Shown here: positions 42,976 to 53,942 of the stretch, piece after piece
Position numbering within the stretch: the stretch's first letter is position 1
How the letters are laid out: every line of letters begins with the position of its first letter
Source: Candidatus Parcubacteria bacterium
GTDB taxonomy: Bacteria; Patescibacteriota; Microgenomatia; Levybacterales; GWA1-39-11
Length of the DNA: 57,867 nt
Direction of reading: 5' to 3'
NCBI GenBank assembly: GCA_003599595.1
Contig: QZIP01000038.1
Location: 1-57,867, forward strand
Notes under the pieces: generated by a model
What the model was told of the DNA's origin: nothing
The model's database searches: none
What the model saw: only the letters and a program-made list of their open reading frames with translations
Made by a program: the position numbers and the translations under genes

Positions 42976-45471
42976 ATGAGAAAAACCGCAGAAAAATATT
43001 TAATATTAGTATTTACACTATTAACAATTATTGTTTTTAGGGAGTATTTTTTTGAAAATAAAGTTCCTTTTCCTTCCAATTTACTTGTTTCATTCTATGA
43101 ACCCTGGGTTTCTTATGAATGGGAAGGTTATCCAAATGGCCCACCTAATAAGCCAGCAGGGTTTGATAATCTAAGAATCTTTTATCCTTTAAAAAAAATT
43201 ACCATTGACCAGCTGAAAAATTTCGATGTGCCACTGTGGAATCCTTATAGTTTTTCCGGGAATACCCATTTGGCAACTTATCAATCTGCAGTTTTTCATC
43301 CACTCGGTTTTTTATTTTTAGTTCTTCCTCAGATAGATGCTTGGTCAATCATCATTATCCTTCAGCCCTTTCTTTGTCTGATTTTCACCTACTTATACCT
43401 TAGAGAAATAGGATGTAAAAAGAATACAAGTTTCTTTGGCGCAGTAGTATTTGCCTTTTCAAGCTACATGATCGTCTGGTGGGAAGAGTCTTATATGTCA
43501 GTATATTCAACGTTATTTTTACCACTTATTTTATTTTCCTTAGAAAAACTAATAAAAAGAATAAATTCATTGGCTTTTACGCTGCTTGTTATAGGTCTAA
43601 CTTTTTCTCTTTTATCAGGTTGGTTTCAGAGCACCCTTTATGTTTGGTCATTCTCATTCATATATGCACTTTTTCATTTTATAAGTCCAAAACAAAAAAT
43701 GGCAAGGTTTATTTTTTTTGTAATTAGTGCATACATAGTTTCTCTTCTTTTAAGCTCTATACATCTCATCCCAAGCCTAGAAGCATATTTTTATTCTGCT
43801 AGAGGCAGTACTGACGCAAAATTTATTTTTGACTCATATTTTTTAACCATGCCAGATCTTGTCAAATTTATTGCACCTGATTTCTGGGGTAATCCAGGTG
43901 CATATAATTATATGGGACAAGGTTTTTACTATGAAAAATCATTTTATTTTGGCATATCAGCATTAATATTTGTCCTATATGAACTTTTTTCATTTAAAAA
44001 TATTAAAAAGAAAGAAAATTTTTTCAAGCTTTCTTTTATTGTTACCTTTTCCTTAGCCTTTTCTTTGCCTACAAGTTGGTTATTATTATATCATTTAAAA
44101 CTTCCTTTAATATCTACGGTTTTACCCTCTAGGATCCTTCTTCTTTCTGTGTTTTGTGCTTCGGTTCTTTCTGTTTATGGTTTGGAAAAATTTTTGTTGG
44201 AGACAAATAGAAAGAAAATGATTTTGATTCTGTCATTTATTGCGGCAGTCTTTACCATCCTTGGTATATTATCTTTCTATTATAAAGCCATTAGTTATCC
44301 TACTCCTTATTATTCTTCCGTCCCAATGAGAAATCTTATTCTACCTTTAATTATATTTTTTACAAATGTCTCACTTATTATATTTTTTTTAAAATTCAAA
44401 GAAATCAATCTTGCCCGTTACTTTTCTACTATATATTTTTTGAAGATAATTTATAGGTCTTTTTATTCACCTTTTAAGTTTAAGGATAGATTATTTCATA
44501 TTCAAATAAAAACACTTTTTGTAATAAGTGTTATCCTAATATCTCTATTTAATTCTTTTTATCAATCAAATAAGTATCTTTATTTCTCAGATAGAAAATT
44601 AATTTATCCTGAAGTTTCTGTGTTGTTAACTCTTTCAAAAAATTCTGGAATTAACCGTTTCTGGAGCTTGGGTAAGGGGTATGTTGACCGTAACCTTGCC
44701 GCCTACTATAATCTATTTTCTCCTGAAGGGTATGACTCAATATATATAAAACGTTACGGAGAGTTGATGTATGCCGCACAAAATAAAGGCAGGTATTATA
44801 ATCAAATTCCAAGAACTGACGCAGCATTTTCAAATTTTAACAGTCTTGATGAGTTTATTGTTGATCCTTATAGAGAAAAATTATTTTCTCTTTTAAGTGT
44901 TAAGTATATTATTGTCAAAAATGACCAGAAAGGAAAAACTATAGACGGCCGTTTCCAGGAGGTTTGGAATGACAATAGTTTTACAATTTTTCATTACAAA
45001 AACGCACTTCCCCGGATGTTTTTAGTAGATAATTATGTCATTTCCAAACAGCCATCAGAAATACTTGCAAATCTATTTAATAATAATTTAGATTTATCAA
45101 AAACATTGATTCTGGAAGAAGAACCATCAATGTTATTAAGGGAAAATTTACCATTAAAAGGAATAATTAATTTAGAATATTATAAAGCCAATGAGATTTT
45201 GTTTAAAACAAATTCAAACAAAGACTCTCTTTTATTTCTATCAGATAATTATTTTCCAGGATGGAAAGCATACATTGATGGTAAAGAAACAAAGTTGTAC
45301 AGAGCTAACTATTCATTCCGTTCAGTAGTTTTGCCAAAGGGAAAGCATTCGGTGATTTTTAAATATGAACCAAAAACATTCTTTATAGGAGCAGGAGTCA
45401 CAGTTTTTGGAATTGTGATATTTGCTATAATAATTATTTATATAAGGAGAAAAAAATATGGAAAGAATTAA
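42976..45471 (+). CDS. GT-C family B (YfhO-like) B4
   Basis: 831 aa. FYPLK..DVPLWNPYSFSGNTHLATYQSAVFHPLG, PDFWGNP, YFPGWKAYIDGKETKLYRAN..GKHSVIFKY plus a TM anchor. Confidence 0.7.
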   Translation: MRKTAEKYLILVFTLLTIIVFREYFFENKVPFPSNLLVSFYEPWVSYEWEGYPNGPPNKPAGFDNLRIFYPLKKITIDQLKNFDVPLWNPYSFSGNTHLATYQSAVFHPLGFLFLVLPQIDAWSIIIILQPFLCLIFTYLYLREIGCKKNTSFFGAVVFAFSSYMIVWWEESYMSVYSTLFLPLILFSLEKLIKRINSLAFTLLVIGLTFSLLSGWFQSTLYVWSFSFIYALFHFISPKQKMARFIFFVISAYIVSLLLSSIHLIPSLEAYFYSARGSTDAKFIFDSYFLTMPDLVKFIAPDFWGNPGAYNYMGQGFYYEKSFYFGISALIFVLYELFSFKNIKKKENFFKLSFIVTFSLAFSLPTSWLLLYHLKLPLISTVLPSRILLLSVFCASVLSVYGLEKFLLETNRKKMILILSFIAAVFTILGILSFYYKAISYPTPYYSSVPMRNLILPLIIFFTNVSLIIFFLKFKEINLARYFSTIYFLKIIYRSFYSPFKFKDRLFHIQIKTLFVISVILISLFNSFYQSNKYLYFSDRKLIYPEVSVLLTLSKNSGINRFWSLGKGYVDRNLAAYYNLFSPEGYDSIYIKRYGELMYAAQNKGRYYNQIPRTDAAFSNFNSLDEFIVDPYREKLFSLLSVKYIIVKNDQKGKTIDGRFQEVWNDNSFTIFHYKNALPRMFLVDNYVISKQPSEILANLFNNNLDLSKTLILEEEPSMLLRENLPLKGIINLEYYKANEILFKTNSNKDSLLFLSDNYFPGWKAYIDGKETKLYRANYSFRSVVLPKGKHSVIFKYEPKTFFIGAGVTVFGIVIFAIIIIYIRRKKYGKN

Positions 45472-46678
45472 ATTAAGTTCTATACTGCTTTTTATTCTTG
45501 CTGTCACTTTTATTATGCAGGTAAGAATAAGTCCCAGCACTACCCCCTATTGGTTATTTGGCTTAATATTTCTTGCCTTACTGCTTTTTCTTTCTATAGA
45601 TATTATTAAGATTAAAGAGAATATTTATTTTAAACTCAAAGAAGCATTACTATGGATAATAGTAGTTACCATTATCGGAAGTGCTTTTGGGTCTTCAATT
45701 ATTGTCAGGCATCAGACCGCTCCTGTCTATCAGGTGCACGACATTATTCTTCAGCAAGAATCTGCAATTAGATTTCTTCTCGATGGTAAAAATCCATATT
45801 CAGCAACCTATTTTAATACTCCACTAGAGGAATGGCATTACTCAGATACGGAGATAAATCCTGCTCTTTATCACTTTGTTATGGAGCCATTCTATCTAAT
45901 ATTTTCACTGCCTTTTTACTTTGTGAGCAACCATACAATTGGATATTTTGATGGAAGAATTCCTCTGCTGTTTCTATTTTTATCTACTTTATTGCTAACT
46001 TTATTTTTGATTAAAGATCAAGAAAAAAGGCACCTTTTTATAGCTCTTTTTACATTTAATCCCGCAACTGTCTACTATACTCTTGAAGGCCGGTCAGACA
46101 TATTTATGTTTGCCTTTTTATTTGCAGGCCTATTCCTGCTCTGCAAGCAAAAATATTCCCTTTCAGGTATACCAATCGCTCTTGCTTTTGCTGTCAAACA
46201 GTCTGCTTGGCCTCTCTTCCCTTTTTACATAGCCTTTCTTTATTTTAGAACAAAGAGTTGGATGAAAACTGCTCAAGCAATAATCCCCTTTGTTTTAGTT
46301 TTTGCAATAATAGTTGCACCTTTTCTTTTGTGGAATTCAAAGGCCTTTATTGATAGTACTATTAATTATTTATCTGGAAGCACACAACATAGTTATCCAA
46401 TTGCAGGATATGGATTTGGGAAGCTATTGAACGAATTTGGTTTCATCAAGGATGTAAATGCATATTATCCATTTCAAATATGGCAAGCAATAATAGGTGT
46501 TCCTCTTTTTACAGCGTTAGTAATGTACCTTAAGAAATCCCCCCAGGTTTCCCGCTTAATACTTGTTTACGGAATATTTTTATTTGTTTACTGGTACTTT
46601 TCAAGATATTTTCACAATAGCCACCTTGGGTATTTGTCTATGCTTTTTCTTACTGCCTATTTCTGGCCAAAGGAATAA
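45458..46678 (+). CDS. Polytopic membrane protein, putative GT-C (DUF2029/GT87-like)
   Basis: 406 aa. VHDIILQQESAIRFLLDGKNPY first-loop motif, many TM segments. 14-nt overlap with B4. Confidence 0.5.
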   Translation: MERIKLSSILLFILAVTFIMQVRISPSTTPYWLFGLIFLALLLFLSIDIIKIKENIYFKLKEALLWIIVVTIIGSAFGSSIIVRHQTAPVYQVHDIILQQESAIRFLLDGKNPYSATYFNTPLEEWHYSDTEINPALYHFVMEPFYLIFSLPFYFVSNHTIGYFDGRIPLLFLFLSTLLLTLFLIKDQEKRHLFIALFTFNPATVYYTLEGRSDIFMFAFLFAGLFLLCKQKYSLSGIPIALAFAVKQSAWPLFPFYIAFLYFRTKSWMKTAQAIIPFVLVFAIIVAPFLLWNSKAFIDSTINYLSGSTQHSYPIAGYGFGKLLNEFGFIKDVNAYYPFQIWQAIIGVPLFTALVMYLKKSPQVSRLILVYGIFLFVYWYFSRYFHNSHLGYLSMLFLTAYFWPKE

Positions 46679-46714
46679 CCTTATATTTTTTTATTCCTTT
46701 TAATCAAGAATTTA

Positions 46715-47335
46715 TTGCTAAAGAACTTAATGAAGAAGAGTAATATCAATAACTTTACAAGAGGAACAGGAGTTCTTGAAAATCTTTTGTCAAATCTAAG
46801 GGCACAAAAAGCAAATAGTTTAATAGATAATAATTTAAGAGCCGGTAAGGTGCTGGACATCGGCTGTGGTCTTTTTCCGTATTTTCTTTCATCAACAGAA
46901 TTTAAAGAAAAATATGGAATAGATAAGTATATTTACCAAAAAGGATTCAACGATAAAGAGGTTCATTTAAAGCAAATTGACGTTGAAAATGAAAAAATCC
47001 CATTCCCAGAAGAACACTTTGATGTAGTAGTGATGCTTGCGGTATTTGAACATATTAAACCTGAAAACCTTGAATTTGTTATAGGAGAAATTTTTCGGGT
47101 TCTTAAAAAGAATGGACAACTCATTGTTACTACCCCTTCACAGTGGTCAGTTCCAGTACTTCATATACTTTCAAGAATTAATATTATTAGCAAGGTAGAA
47201 ATAGATGACCACAAAAATTCCTTTAGCGCCTTGAGTATCGCAGATCAGATTAGAAAATCAGGGTTTAATAAAGAAAAAATAAAAAAAGGATATTTTGAAT
47301 TATTTTTAAATATGTGGTTTATGGCAAGAAAATGA
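46715..47335 (+). CDS. Class I SAM-dependent methyltransferase
   Basis: VLDIGCGLFPY (motif I), DVVVMLAVFEH, LKKNGQLIVTTP. The start may be the ATG at 46730. Confidence 0.75.
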   Translation: MLKNLMKKSNINNFTRGTGVLENLLSNLRAQKANSLIDNNLRAGKVLDIGCGLFPYFLSSTEFKEKYGIDKYIYQKGFNDKEVHLKQIDVENEKIPFPEEHFDVVVMLAVFEHIKPENLEFVIGEIFRVLKKNGQLIVTTPSQWSVPVLHILSRINIISKVEIDDHKNSFSALSIADQIRKSGFNKEKIKKGYFELFLNMWFMARK

Positions 47336-49002
47336 AAAAAATCAACTTTTTGATTAAGAAAAATAATATTAAGACATTGTTAGTTATAGGTGCGGTCATT
47401 ATTTTTATTGTGTACTTTCTTCATCCTTTATTAAGAGAAGAAATGTATGTAAGCCATGATAGTGAGCCTCAAATTGTTAGAATAGGAGCGTTTTACAAGG
47501 CAATAACAAGCGGGCAGATTCCTCCGCGCTGGGCATCAGACCTTAACTATAGATATGGTTCCCCCACTCTTAACTTCTTTTTTCCACTGGAAGGTTATCT
47601 GGGAACAATAATTCATCTTATCGGTTTTAATCTACAGAACACATTTAAAATCTTAATGGGCGCAAGTTTTATCTTCTCTATAGTCTTTTTCTTTTACTGG
47701 CTTAGGGAGATTTTTGATAAAAATACTGCTTTCTTTGGAGCAGTACTCTATGGTATTGTTCCATACAAATTTTTAGACATGTACGTTAGAGGTCAATTGG
47801 GGGAAATGTTAGCCTTTGTTTTTGTACCGCTTGTTCTACTGTTTATAGAAAAAAACAAGAAAAATTCAAGAATTGAAAATGTAATTATAGGAGGAATTTC
47901 TTATGCTCTTCTGATATTGTCTCATAATATTTTAGCTCTTATATTTTCAGTCGTTTTTGCTGGATACTTACTTACAAATAATTGGTTTAACAAAGATGCA
48001 ATTCTTAAAAATGGATTAATGTTGGTAACTGGTTTATTCCTTGCAGCATTCTTTTGGCTTCCAGCCCTTTATGAGTCAAAATATGTAAATAGTAAAATTT
48101 TTGTGGGAGATATGTTTAAAAACCACTTTATAGAGCCTCAAAATCTTATTTATTCAGCCTGGGGATATGGTAGTAATATTAATGAGGCGGGGGGATTATC
48201 TCCATATCTTGGCCCAATGCATTTTCTTTTTGCTTTATTAAGTCTTGTTTTTATAGTTATTTCTAGAAATAAAGTTAGGAATAAAAGAATATTTTACTAC
48301 TGGTTGGTTATCCTTGTCTTTTCGTTATTTATGTCTACCAAGCTTTCCAGTATATTTTGGCAGGAATTTCATATCATTCAACAATTTCAATTTCCATGGA
48401 GATTTATGGCTCTTTCTAGTTTTGCAATTTCCGTGATTGGAGCTTTTTCATTTTCAGTCATAAAAGATAAATCCATTATAGTTATTGGGATAATAATCTT
48501 GATACTAATTAGTGGCTCAATTATAAAAGTTTCAGATTATACAAACAAGGAAGACTCATATTATCTTGATTATCCTGGAACCGCAGCCTACCATGGTGAA
48601 GCGACCACAATTTGGACGGCAGGAGATGCGGATAAATTTGCAAAATCACAAATAGAAGTTATTGAGGGGCAATTAATAATAAAAGAATATATTAAAAAGC
48701 CAAACATTCATACCTTGTTTGTGGATTCAAAAACAGAAGCGCGGATAGTAGATAACACTGTGTATTTTCCCGGGTGGAAAGCTTATGTAGACAACAAAAA
48801 AACATCAATCGAATTTCAGGATATAAATCATAGAGGGCTTATAACGTTTAAAGTTCCTGAGGGGGTACATAAGGTAGAAATAAAATTTGAAGAATCTCCT
48901 ATTAGAATATCGGCGAATTTTATATCTTTCTTTACATTAATAATTGTAATATTGTTTTTGCTTAAGAGAAAGTATATAAACAATGCTATTATAAAATTAT
49001 GA
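47332..49002 (+). CDS. GT-C-like family A, A5
   Basis: YVSHDSEPQIVRIGAFYKAITSGQIPPRW..RYGSPTLNF, ILSHNILAL, FFWLPALYESKYV, FQFPWRFMA, YFPGWKAYVDNKKT..GVHKVEIKF plus a TM anchor. ATGA overlap with the methyltransferase gene. Confidence 0.6.
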   Translation: MKKINFLIKKNNIKTLLVIGAVIIFIVYFLHPLLREEMYVSHDSEPQIVRIGAFYKAITSGQIPPRWASDLNYRYGSPTLNFFFPLEGYLGTIIHLIGFNLQNTFKILMGASFIFSIVFFFYWLREIFDKNTAFFGAVLYGIVPYKFLDMYVRGQLGEMLAFVFVPLVLLFIEKNKKNSRIENVIIGGISYALLILSHNILALIFSVVFAGYLLTNNWFNKDAILKNGLMLVTGLFLAAFFWLPALYESKYVNSKIFVGDMFKNHFIEPQNLIYSAWGYGSNINEAGGLSPYLGPMHFLFALLSLVFIVISRNKVRNKRIFYYWLVILVFSLFMSTKLSSIFWQEFHIIQQFQFPWRFMALSSFAISVIGAFSFSVIKDKSIIVIGIIILILISGSIIKVSDYTNKEDSYYLDYPGTAAYHGEATTIWTAGDADKFAKSQIEVIEGQLIIKEYIKKPNIHTLFVDSKTEARIVDNTVYFPGWKAYVDNKKTSIEFQDINHRGLITFKVPEGVHKVEIKFEESPIRISANFISFFTLIIVILFLLKRKYINNAIIKL

Positions 49003-50690
49003 AAAAAAAGTATATATTATTATCTCTGATATTTGCATTGGCATTGGTTTTGCGTTTTTATAGACTTGGAGAAGCCCCCATTAGCTTGCATAGAGATGAG
49101 GCTTTTCTTGGGTATAATGCATATTCAATACTGAAAACAGGAAAAGATATCAGCGGTAATTTTTTACCGCTTCACTTGCAGTCCTTTCTTTATAGTCCTG
49201 CAGGATATTCATACTTTTCAATTCCATTTATATATCTTTTTGATCTAAGCTCTTTTTCTGTTAGATTTGCATCCGCATTCTTTGGTAGTTTAACAATATT
49301 ATTAACTTACTTTCTAACAAAAGAAATATTCTTTCAGAATAGATTATCACAGATTAAAAAACATATTAACACAGATAGACTTGCGCTTCTTGCTTCCTTG
49401 CTTCTGGCTATTAGCCCTTGGCATATTAATCTTTCAAGAACTGCAACAGAAAACACTATTGTTGTCTTTTTTATTGCTTTGGGAATCTTACTGTTTTTAT
49501 ATTGGATAAAAAATAATAAATTAATATTGTTAATTTCATCTTTTGTATTTTTCGGCTCTACATTTCTAATTTATCAGGCTCCACGTGCATTTTTACCATT
49601 ATTGTTACCTCTCTTAATCTTGATATTTATCAAACCATCTTGGAACAAAAAATTTATTATGCTCCTCTCATTGTTTATTTTTACTATAATTATTCCATTG
49701 TTTTTGGTCTTGAACTCAGAAAATCTTTCTCTTAGATTAAAATCTGTAAGTTTTTTTTCTAGTTTAGAAAAAAAAGAAGTTATTTATGAATACGCAGCAA
49801 GGGATAATCTAGAACAAGTTCCAATCTTAATTACAAGAAGTATCCATAACAAGCCAACAGAATATTCAAGCCAATTTCTCCGCAATTATTTTAATCACTT
49901 TTCATATGAATTCCTCTTTACTGACTCTGGATTTCCGGGTAGATATAGGATTCCAAGCGCTGGTTTAGTTTACCTTATGGAACTGCCTTTTCTAATATTG
50001 GGCATCTGGTATTTAATGAATTACAAAAAGAAAGAAGGGCTTCTTCTATTGGGCTGGATAGCTCTTGTCCCAATTGGAAGCTCTTTGACATTTGATGACA
50101 TCCCAAATTTACAAAGAACCTTAATTGTCTTCCCCGCTTTTTCAATAGTCGGCGCATGCGGCATCTTATATTTATTTAATATTTTCCCCAAAAAAAAACC
50201 TTTGTATATACTGACAATCACATTTATTCTGACTTTTATTGGCTATGGCTTCCTATCCTATCTTCACCAATACTACGTTCATGCACCTGCATATAGGCCT
50301 TGGTTTAGGCAGGATGGATATGAGGAGCTTGTAACAAGAGTAAATAAATATTTGCCAAATTATGAAAAGGCTATTGTTACTAATAGAGAATCTGCTCCAA
50401 CGATCTTTTTTCTATTTTTTAGTAAGTATGATCCTTCTTCGTTTCAAGAAGAAACTAAAAACACTAATATGAAAGATTTTGACAGAATAGGATTTGGGAA
50501 ATACATTTTTTCACAGGAAGAATGTCCATTAAAAGAGGCAGGTTCCGATACTAAAAAATTAATAAATGCAGATAAAAATACCTTGTACGTGAATAGCTCG
50601 CTGTGTCCCCCTCTCTCTACGGGAATAACTGATATAATTAAGAGATCGGATGATTCGAAAGTTTTTCAAATTCTCTCTTTAAGAGAATAG
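48999..50690 (+). CDS. GT-C family C (GT39-like) C2
   Basis: 563 aa. LRFYRLGEAPISLHRDEAFLGYNAYSI, SPWHINLSRTATE. ATGA overlap with A5. Confidence 0.75.
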   Translation: MKKKYILLSLIFALALVLRFYRLGEAPISLHRDEAFLGYNAYSILKTGKDISGNFLPLHLQSFLYSPAGYSYFSIPFIYLFDLSSFSVRFASAFFGSLTILLTYFLTKEIFFQNRLSQIKKHINTDRLALLASLLLAISPWHINLSRTATENTIVVFFIALGILLFLYWIKNNKLILLISSFVFFGSTFLIYQAPRAFLPLLLPLLILIFIKPSWNKKFIMLLSLFIFTIIIPLFLVLNSENLSLRLKSVSFFSSLEKKEVIYEYAARDNLEQVPILITRSIHNKPTEYSSQFLRNYFNHFSYEFLFTDSGFPGRYRIPSAGLVYLMELPFLILGIWYLMNYKKKEGLLLLGWIALVPIGSSLTFDDIPNLQRTLIVFPAFSIVGACGILYLFNIFPKKKPLYILTITFILTFIGYGFLSYLHQYYVHAPAYRPWFRQDGYEELVTRVNKYLPNYEKAIVTNRESAPTIFFLFFSKYDPSSFQEETKNTNMKDFDRIGFGKYIFSQEECPLKEAGSDTKKLINADKNTLYVNSSLCPPLSTGITDIIKRSDDSKVFQILSLRE

Positions 50691-50694
50691 TATT

Positions 50695-52194
50695 ATGAAT
50701 AGAGTATTAAAGATCCTATTTTTCATTATTATTGCCTTCAATATTTTCTTTGCCTCGTGGTATGTTTTGCATAACGATATTGAATTCACATCAGAAGTAG
50801 CCCGTGATTTGTTCCTTTTGGATGAAATTTCAAAAAAGAAAATTGTCCTTATTGGGCCCAGTTCAACAACAGGGCTTTTTCATGGACCATTATGGACTTA
50901 TATTAATTATCCCGCTTATGCCATAGGCCAAGGAGATCCTGTTGTTGTAGGCTGGGGGTGGATATCATTTATTATTCTTTTTCTTATTTCTAGCTATTAT
51001 ATTGGCAAGAATCTCTTTGATTCAAGAACTGGCTATTTATTTACTCTTATGCTTTCAATTTACTCTGTCTATATTGCAAAAAATCTTTATAATCCTCATG
51101 GCGCTTTTTTTCTCGTCCCAGCTTTTTTCTTCTTTTTTATCCGCTATATAGAGACTCTAAAAGTTAAATATTTAATTATTCACGTTTTACTTACAGGTAT
51201 GATTATTCAGTTTCAGATGGCAATTGGTATTCCATTTTTAATCTTGTCATTTTTATATATTGCCTTATTAACAATAAAATCTCAAAAATACCTACATCTA
51301 CTATCTTTTTCATTAATACTTTTGACACTCAGTAATTTTTTAATTTTTAATCTTAGACATGAATCTCTTTTATCACAACAGGTAATGAAATTTATAACAT
51401 CTGGAAGTAGTGGTTATCATCATATTCTTCAAATGCTAGAACAAAGATTTAGATTTATGGTTGGTGGAGCAGAAATTTTAAGAGTAGATCCAGGCAACAT
51501 TAATTACATATTGTTCTTAATTCTTATTGTTTTTCTCGTGTTCCAGATTGTCCAAAATAAAAATAAAAAAATATATTTTAGTTTCCTATATTTCTATTTT
51601 GGATACTTAATTATTAGCAATTTAAATGGAGGTGGTCTTTTATATTTTTATCTTTTTCCACTATTTCCTTTGGTTTTTCTTATCTTCTCATCTTTTTCAA
51701 ATTCAAAATATCCAAAAGTGTTTATGGGTATATTTTTTGTAATTTTTCTTCTTAATACATTCAATGCTTTAGATTTTGATATTAAATCCTCTTATCACTC
51801 AATGGGTAAAAGTGAATGGTCATGGATGTTCTATAAAAAACTTGCTCTTGAAGTTTTTACAGGGAAAGAAGAATTTGGATATTTTGTTTATTCCCCTGAC
51901 GTTGTTGGGTATAGACCTAAGTACGCCCTTTTTTATACAGAGAAATTATATCCTCACAAAGCCATTTACTTTCAAAAAAAACCCGTCACTTATCTTATTA
52001 TCGCTCCTCCACCATCCAACAATCCTTATATGAAAGATGAGTGGTGGAGAATTAATCTTTTACACATAAATAAAAAGCCGGAATCAGTAATTAATTTTGA
52101 CAATGGGTACAAAATAGAAAAATACTTTCTATCAGAAAAAGAAATCCTTGTTCCTGTTGAGCAAGGGATTGATCCTGGCATTCATTTTAGGTAA
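50695..52194 (+). CDS. Polytopic membrane protein, possible GT-C of another family
   Basis: 499 aa, more than 10 hydrophobic segments. Acidic first loop EVARDLFLLDE and GLFHGPLWTY. No firm family call. Confidence 0.4.
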   Translation: MNRVLKILFFIIIAFNIFFASWYVLHNDIEFTSEVARDLFLLDEISKKKIVLIGPSSTTGLFHGPLWTYINYPAYAIGQGDPVVVGWGWISFIILFLISSYYIGKNLFDSRTGYLFTLMLSIYSVYIAKNLYNPHGAFFLVPAFFFFFIRYIETLKVKYLIIHVLLTGMIIQFQMAIGIPFLILSFLYIALLTIKSQKYLHLLSFSLILLTLSNFLIFNLRHESLLSQQVMKFITSGSSGYHHILQMLEQRFRFMVGGAEILRVDPGNINYILFLILIVFLVFQIVQNKNKKIYFSFLYFYFGYLIISNLNGGGLLYFYLFPLFPLVFLIFSSFSNSKYPKVFMGIFFVIFLLNTFNALDFDIKSSYHSMGKSEWSWMFYKKLALEVFTGKEEFGYFVYSPDVVGYRPKYALFYTEKLYPHKAIYFQKKPVTYLIIAPPPSNNPYMKDEWWRINLLHINKKPESVINFDNGYKIEKYFLSEKEILVPVEQGIDPGIHFR

Positions 52195-52308
52195 TATTAA
52201 TCATTGGAAATATCTTTCAATAGGCAAACTAAAAAATATTCAAATGATATAGTAATCAATAATGTATAGGTTTCTGACTCATTGCCAATGCATTTACAAT
52301 CTTTATTA

Positions 52309-53940
52309 ATGAATAAAAATAATCTTATATTTGGATTAATTATTCTCATTGCGTTTTTTTTACGTTTTTGGCAGCTTGATCAAGTTCCGTCAGGAGCTCA
52401 TGCAGATGAGGCAGACACAGCTTACTCTGCTTATAGTATTTTAAAAACAGGATTAACTCAGTACGGTACCTTTAATCCTTTAGCTTTTACAGAATTTAAT
52501 GGAGGGACCCACCCACCCTTGTATACATATTTTTTAATTCCATTTGTTAAATTTTTTGGGTTAAATATCTTTGTAGAAAGAATGCCTTCTGCAGTATTTG
52601 GAACATTGACGATTCCCATTTTTTACTTTTTATTAAAGAAAATATTGCAGTCGTCAGCTGCTGCTCTTGTTGGATCTTTCTTTCTTACAGTAAATCCGTG
52701 GTTTTTGCATATGTCTAGACAAGGACTTCTGGAATCAATAGCCGTTTTTTTCGTAGTACTAGGCATAACTCTTTTTGTATATGCAAAAGAAAAGAAATAT
52801 TTATACATATTGTCCTTTATTGCCTTTGGATTATCACTTCATGCTTATGACGCTCCTAAAATATTTGTCCCCTTGTTTTTAATTGCTCTTATTATTTATC
52901 AATATAAATCAATCATAAGAATTAAGAAATATTTTATTGCCACTTTTGTTGTTTTTGTTATCTTTTATTTACTTATGTTAAAAACTATTTTTTTGGATGG
53001 ACAAATAAATGATTATAATAAAGTAAGTCTTTTTAACACATTGTCATTAGAAAATGCAGTAAATTATGAGAGACAATATACTAGGGCTCCTCTATGGTTA
53101 AGTGGAATATTCCACAATAAAGCTACTGTTTTACTCAAACAATTAGAAACAAGTTATTTTAATATTTTTTCAATAAATTGGTTATTTATTAATGGTGAAG
53201 GAAACCTTCAGCAAGCAGTTGTAAGACACGGTCAATTCCACTTATTTGAACTCCCGCTATTTTTTGTAGGTGCTTATGCTCTGTTTAGAAAAAGGAGAAA
53301 TACTGGTCTCCTGCTCATGATTTGGTTATTATTAGCACCAATTCCAGGAGCTTTAACACAGGGAAATTATCCTTACAGGTCTGTTTTATTATTGCCGGCA
53401 CCAATTATCTTTTCATCTTATGGACTAGTGTGGTTATGGAGCTATTTAGAAAAGTTAAAACAAAAGATAATCAAAAGATTAATCCGCATTTTTATTATTT
53501 TATTAATCATAGGGTACACGTCAAGCTTTATCTTTACATACTTTTTTGATTATCCTGTTTATGCTTCTAAATGGTGGTTCAAAGAAAGAAACGAAGCATT
53601 AAATTACGCTATTTCTCTTCAAGATAAATATGACCGCATTTTTATTGATGGAGATATTGAATGGGCAGTAATGTACGCTTTCAACGGTAAGGTTTCTCCC
53701 CATATTTTTCAAAATTCATACAAAAATAAAAGCAAGTATAAAAATGAAGATGTAATCAGTATTGGTAAGTTTACCTTTGGAAGTTTTAAATCAAGGCAGA
53801 TATCTAGTCCTTCTGCATATTTCCCCAAAAACTCAATTGTATTAACTGATGAGTCTAATTTTTCTGAAGAAAAAGGAATGAAGATCTTTACAGCAGCAGA
53901 TCCTTTAGACAGAGTATATAAAATATTTGAAATAAAATAA
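52309..53940 (+). CDS. GT-C family C (GT39-like) C3
   Basis: LRFWQLDQVPSGAHADEADTAYSAYSI, NPWFLHMSRQGLE. ATG at 52309 chosen by alignment with paralog N-termini; the ORF is open from 52282. Confidence 0.7.
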   Translation: MNKNNLIFGLIILIAFFLRFWQLDQVPSGAHADEADTAYSAYSILKTGLTQYGTFNPLAFTEFNGGTHPPLYTYFLIPFVKFFGLNIFVERMPSAVFGTLTIPIFYFLLKKILQSSAAALVGSFFLTVNPWFLHMSRQGLLESIAVFFVVLGITLFVYAKEKKYLYILSFIAFGLSLHAYDAPKIFVPLFLIALIIYQYKSIIRIKKYFIATFVVFVIFYLLMLKTIFLDGQINDYNKVSLFNTLSLENAVNYERQYTRAPLWLSGIFHNKATVLLKQLETSYFNIFSINWLFINGEGNLQQAVVRHGQFHLFELPLFFVGAYALFRKRRNTGLLLMIWLLLAPIPGALTQGNYPYRSVLLLPAPIIFSSYGLVWLWSYLEKLKQKIIKRLIRIFIILLIIGYTSSFIFTYFFDYPVYASKWWFKERNEALNYAISLQDKYDRIFIDGDIEWAVMYAFNGKVSPHIFQNSYKNKSKYKNEDVISIGKFTFGSFKSRQISSPSAYFPKNSIVLTDESNFSEEKGMKIFTAADPLDRVYKIFEIK

Positions 53941-53942
53941 TC

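Noticed and set aside
52245-52308. TGATATAGT box at 52245-52253 followed by a 15-codon ORF (MYRFLTHCQCIYNLY) as a leaderless uORF regulating C3
   Set aside because: It is too short and unconserved to support from a single sequence, and it is out of frame with C3. It is noted only as a possible promoter for C3.
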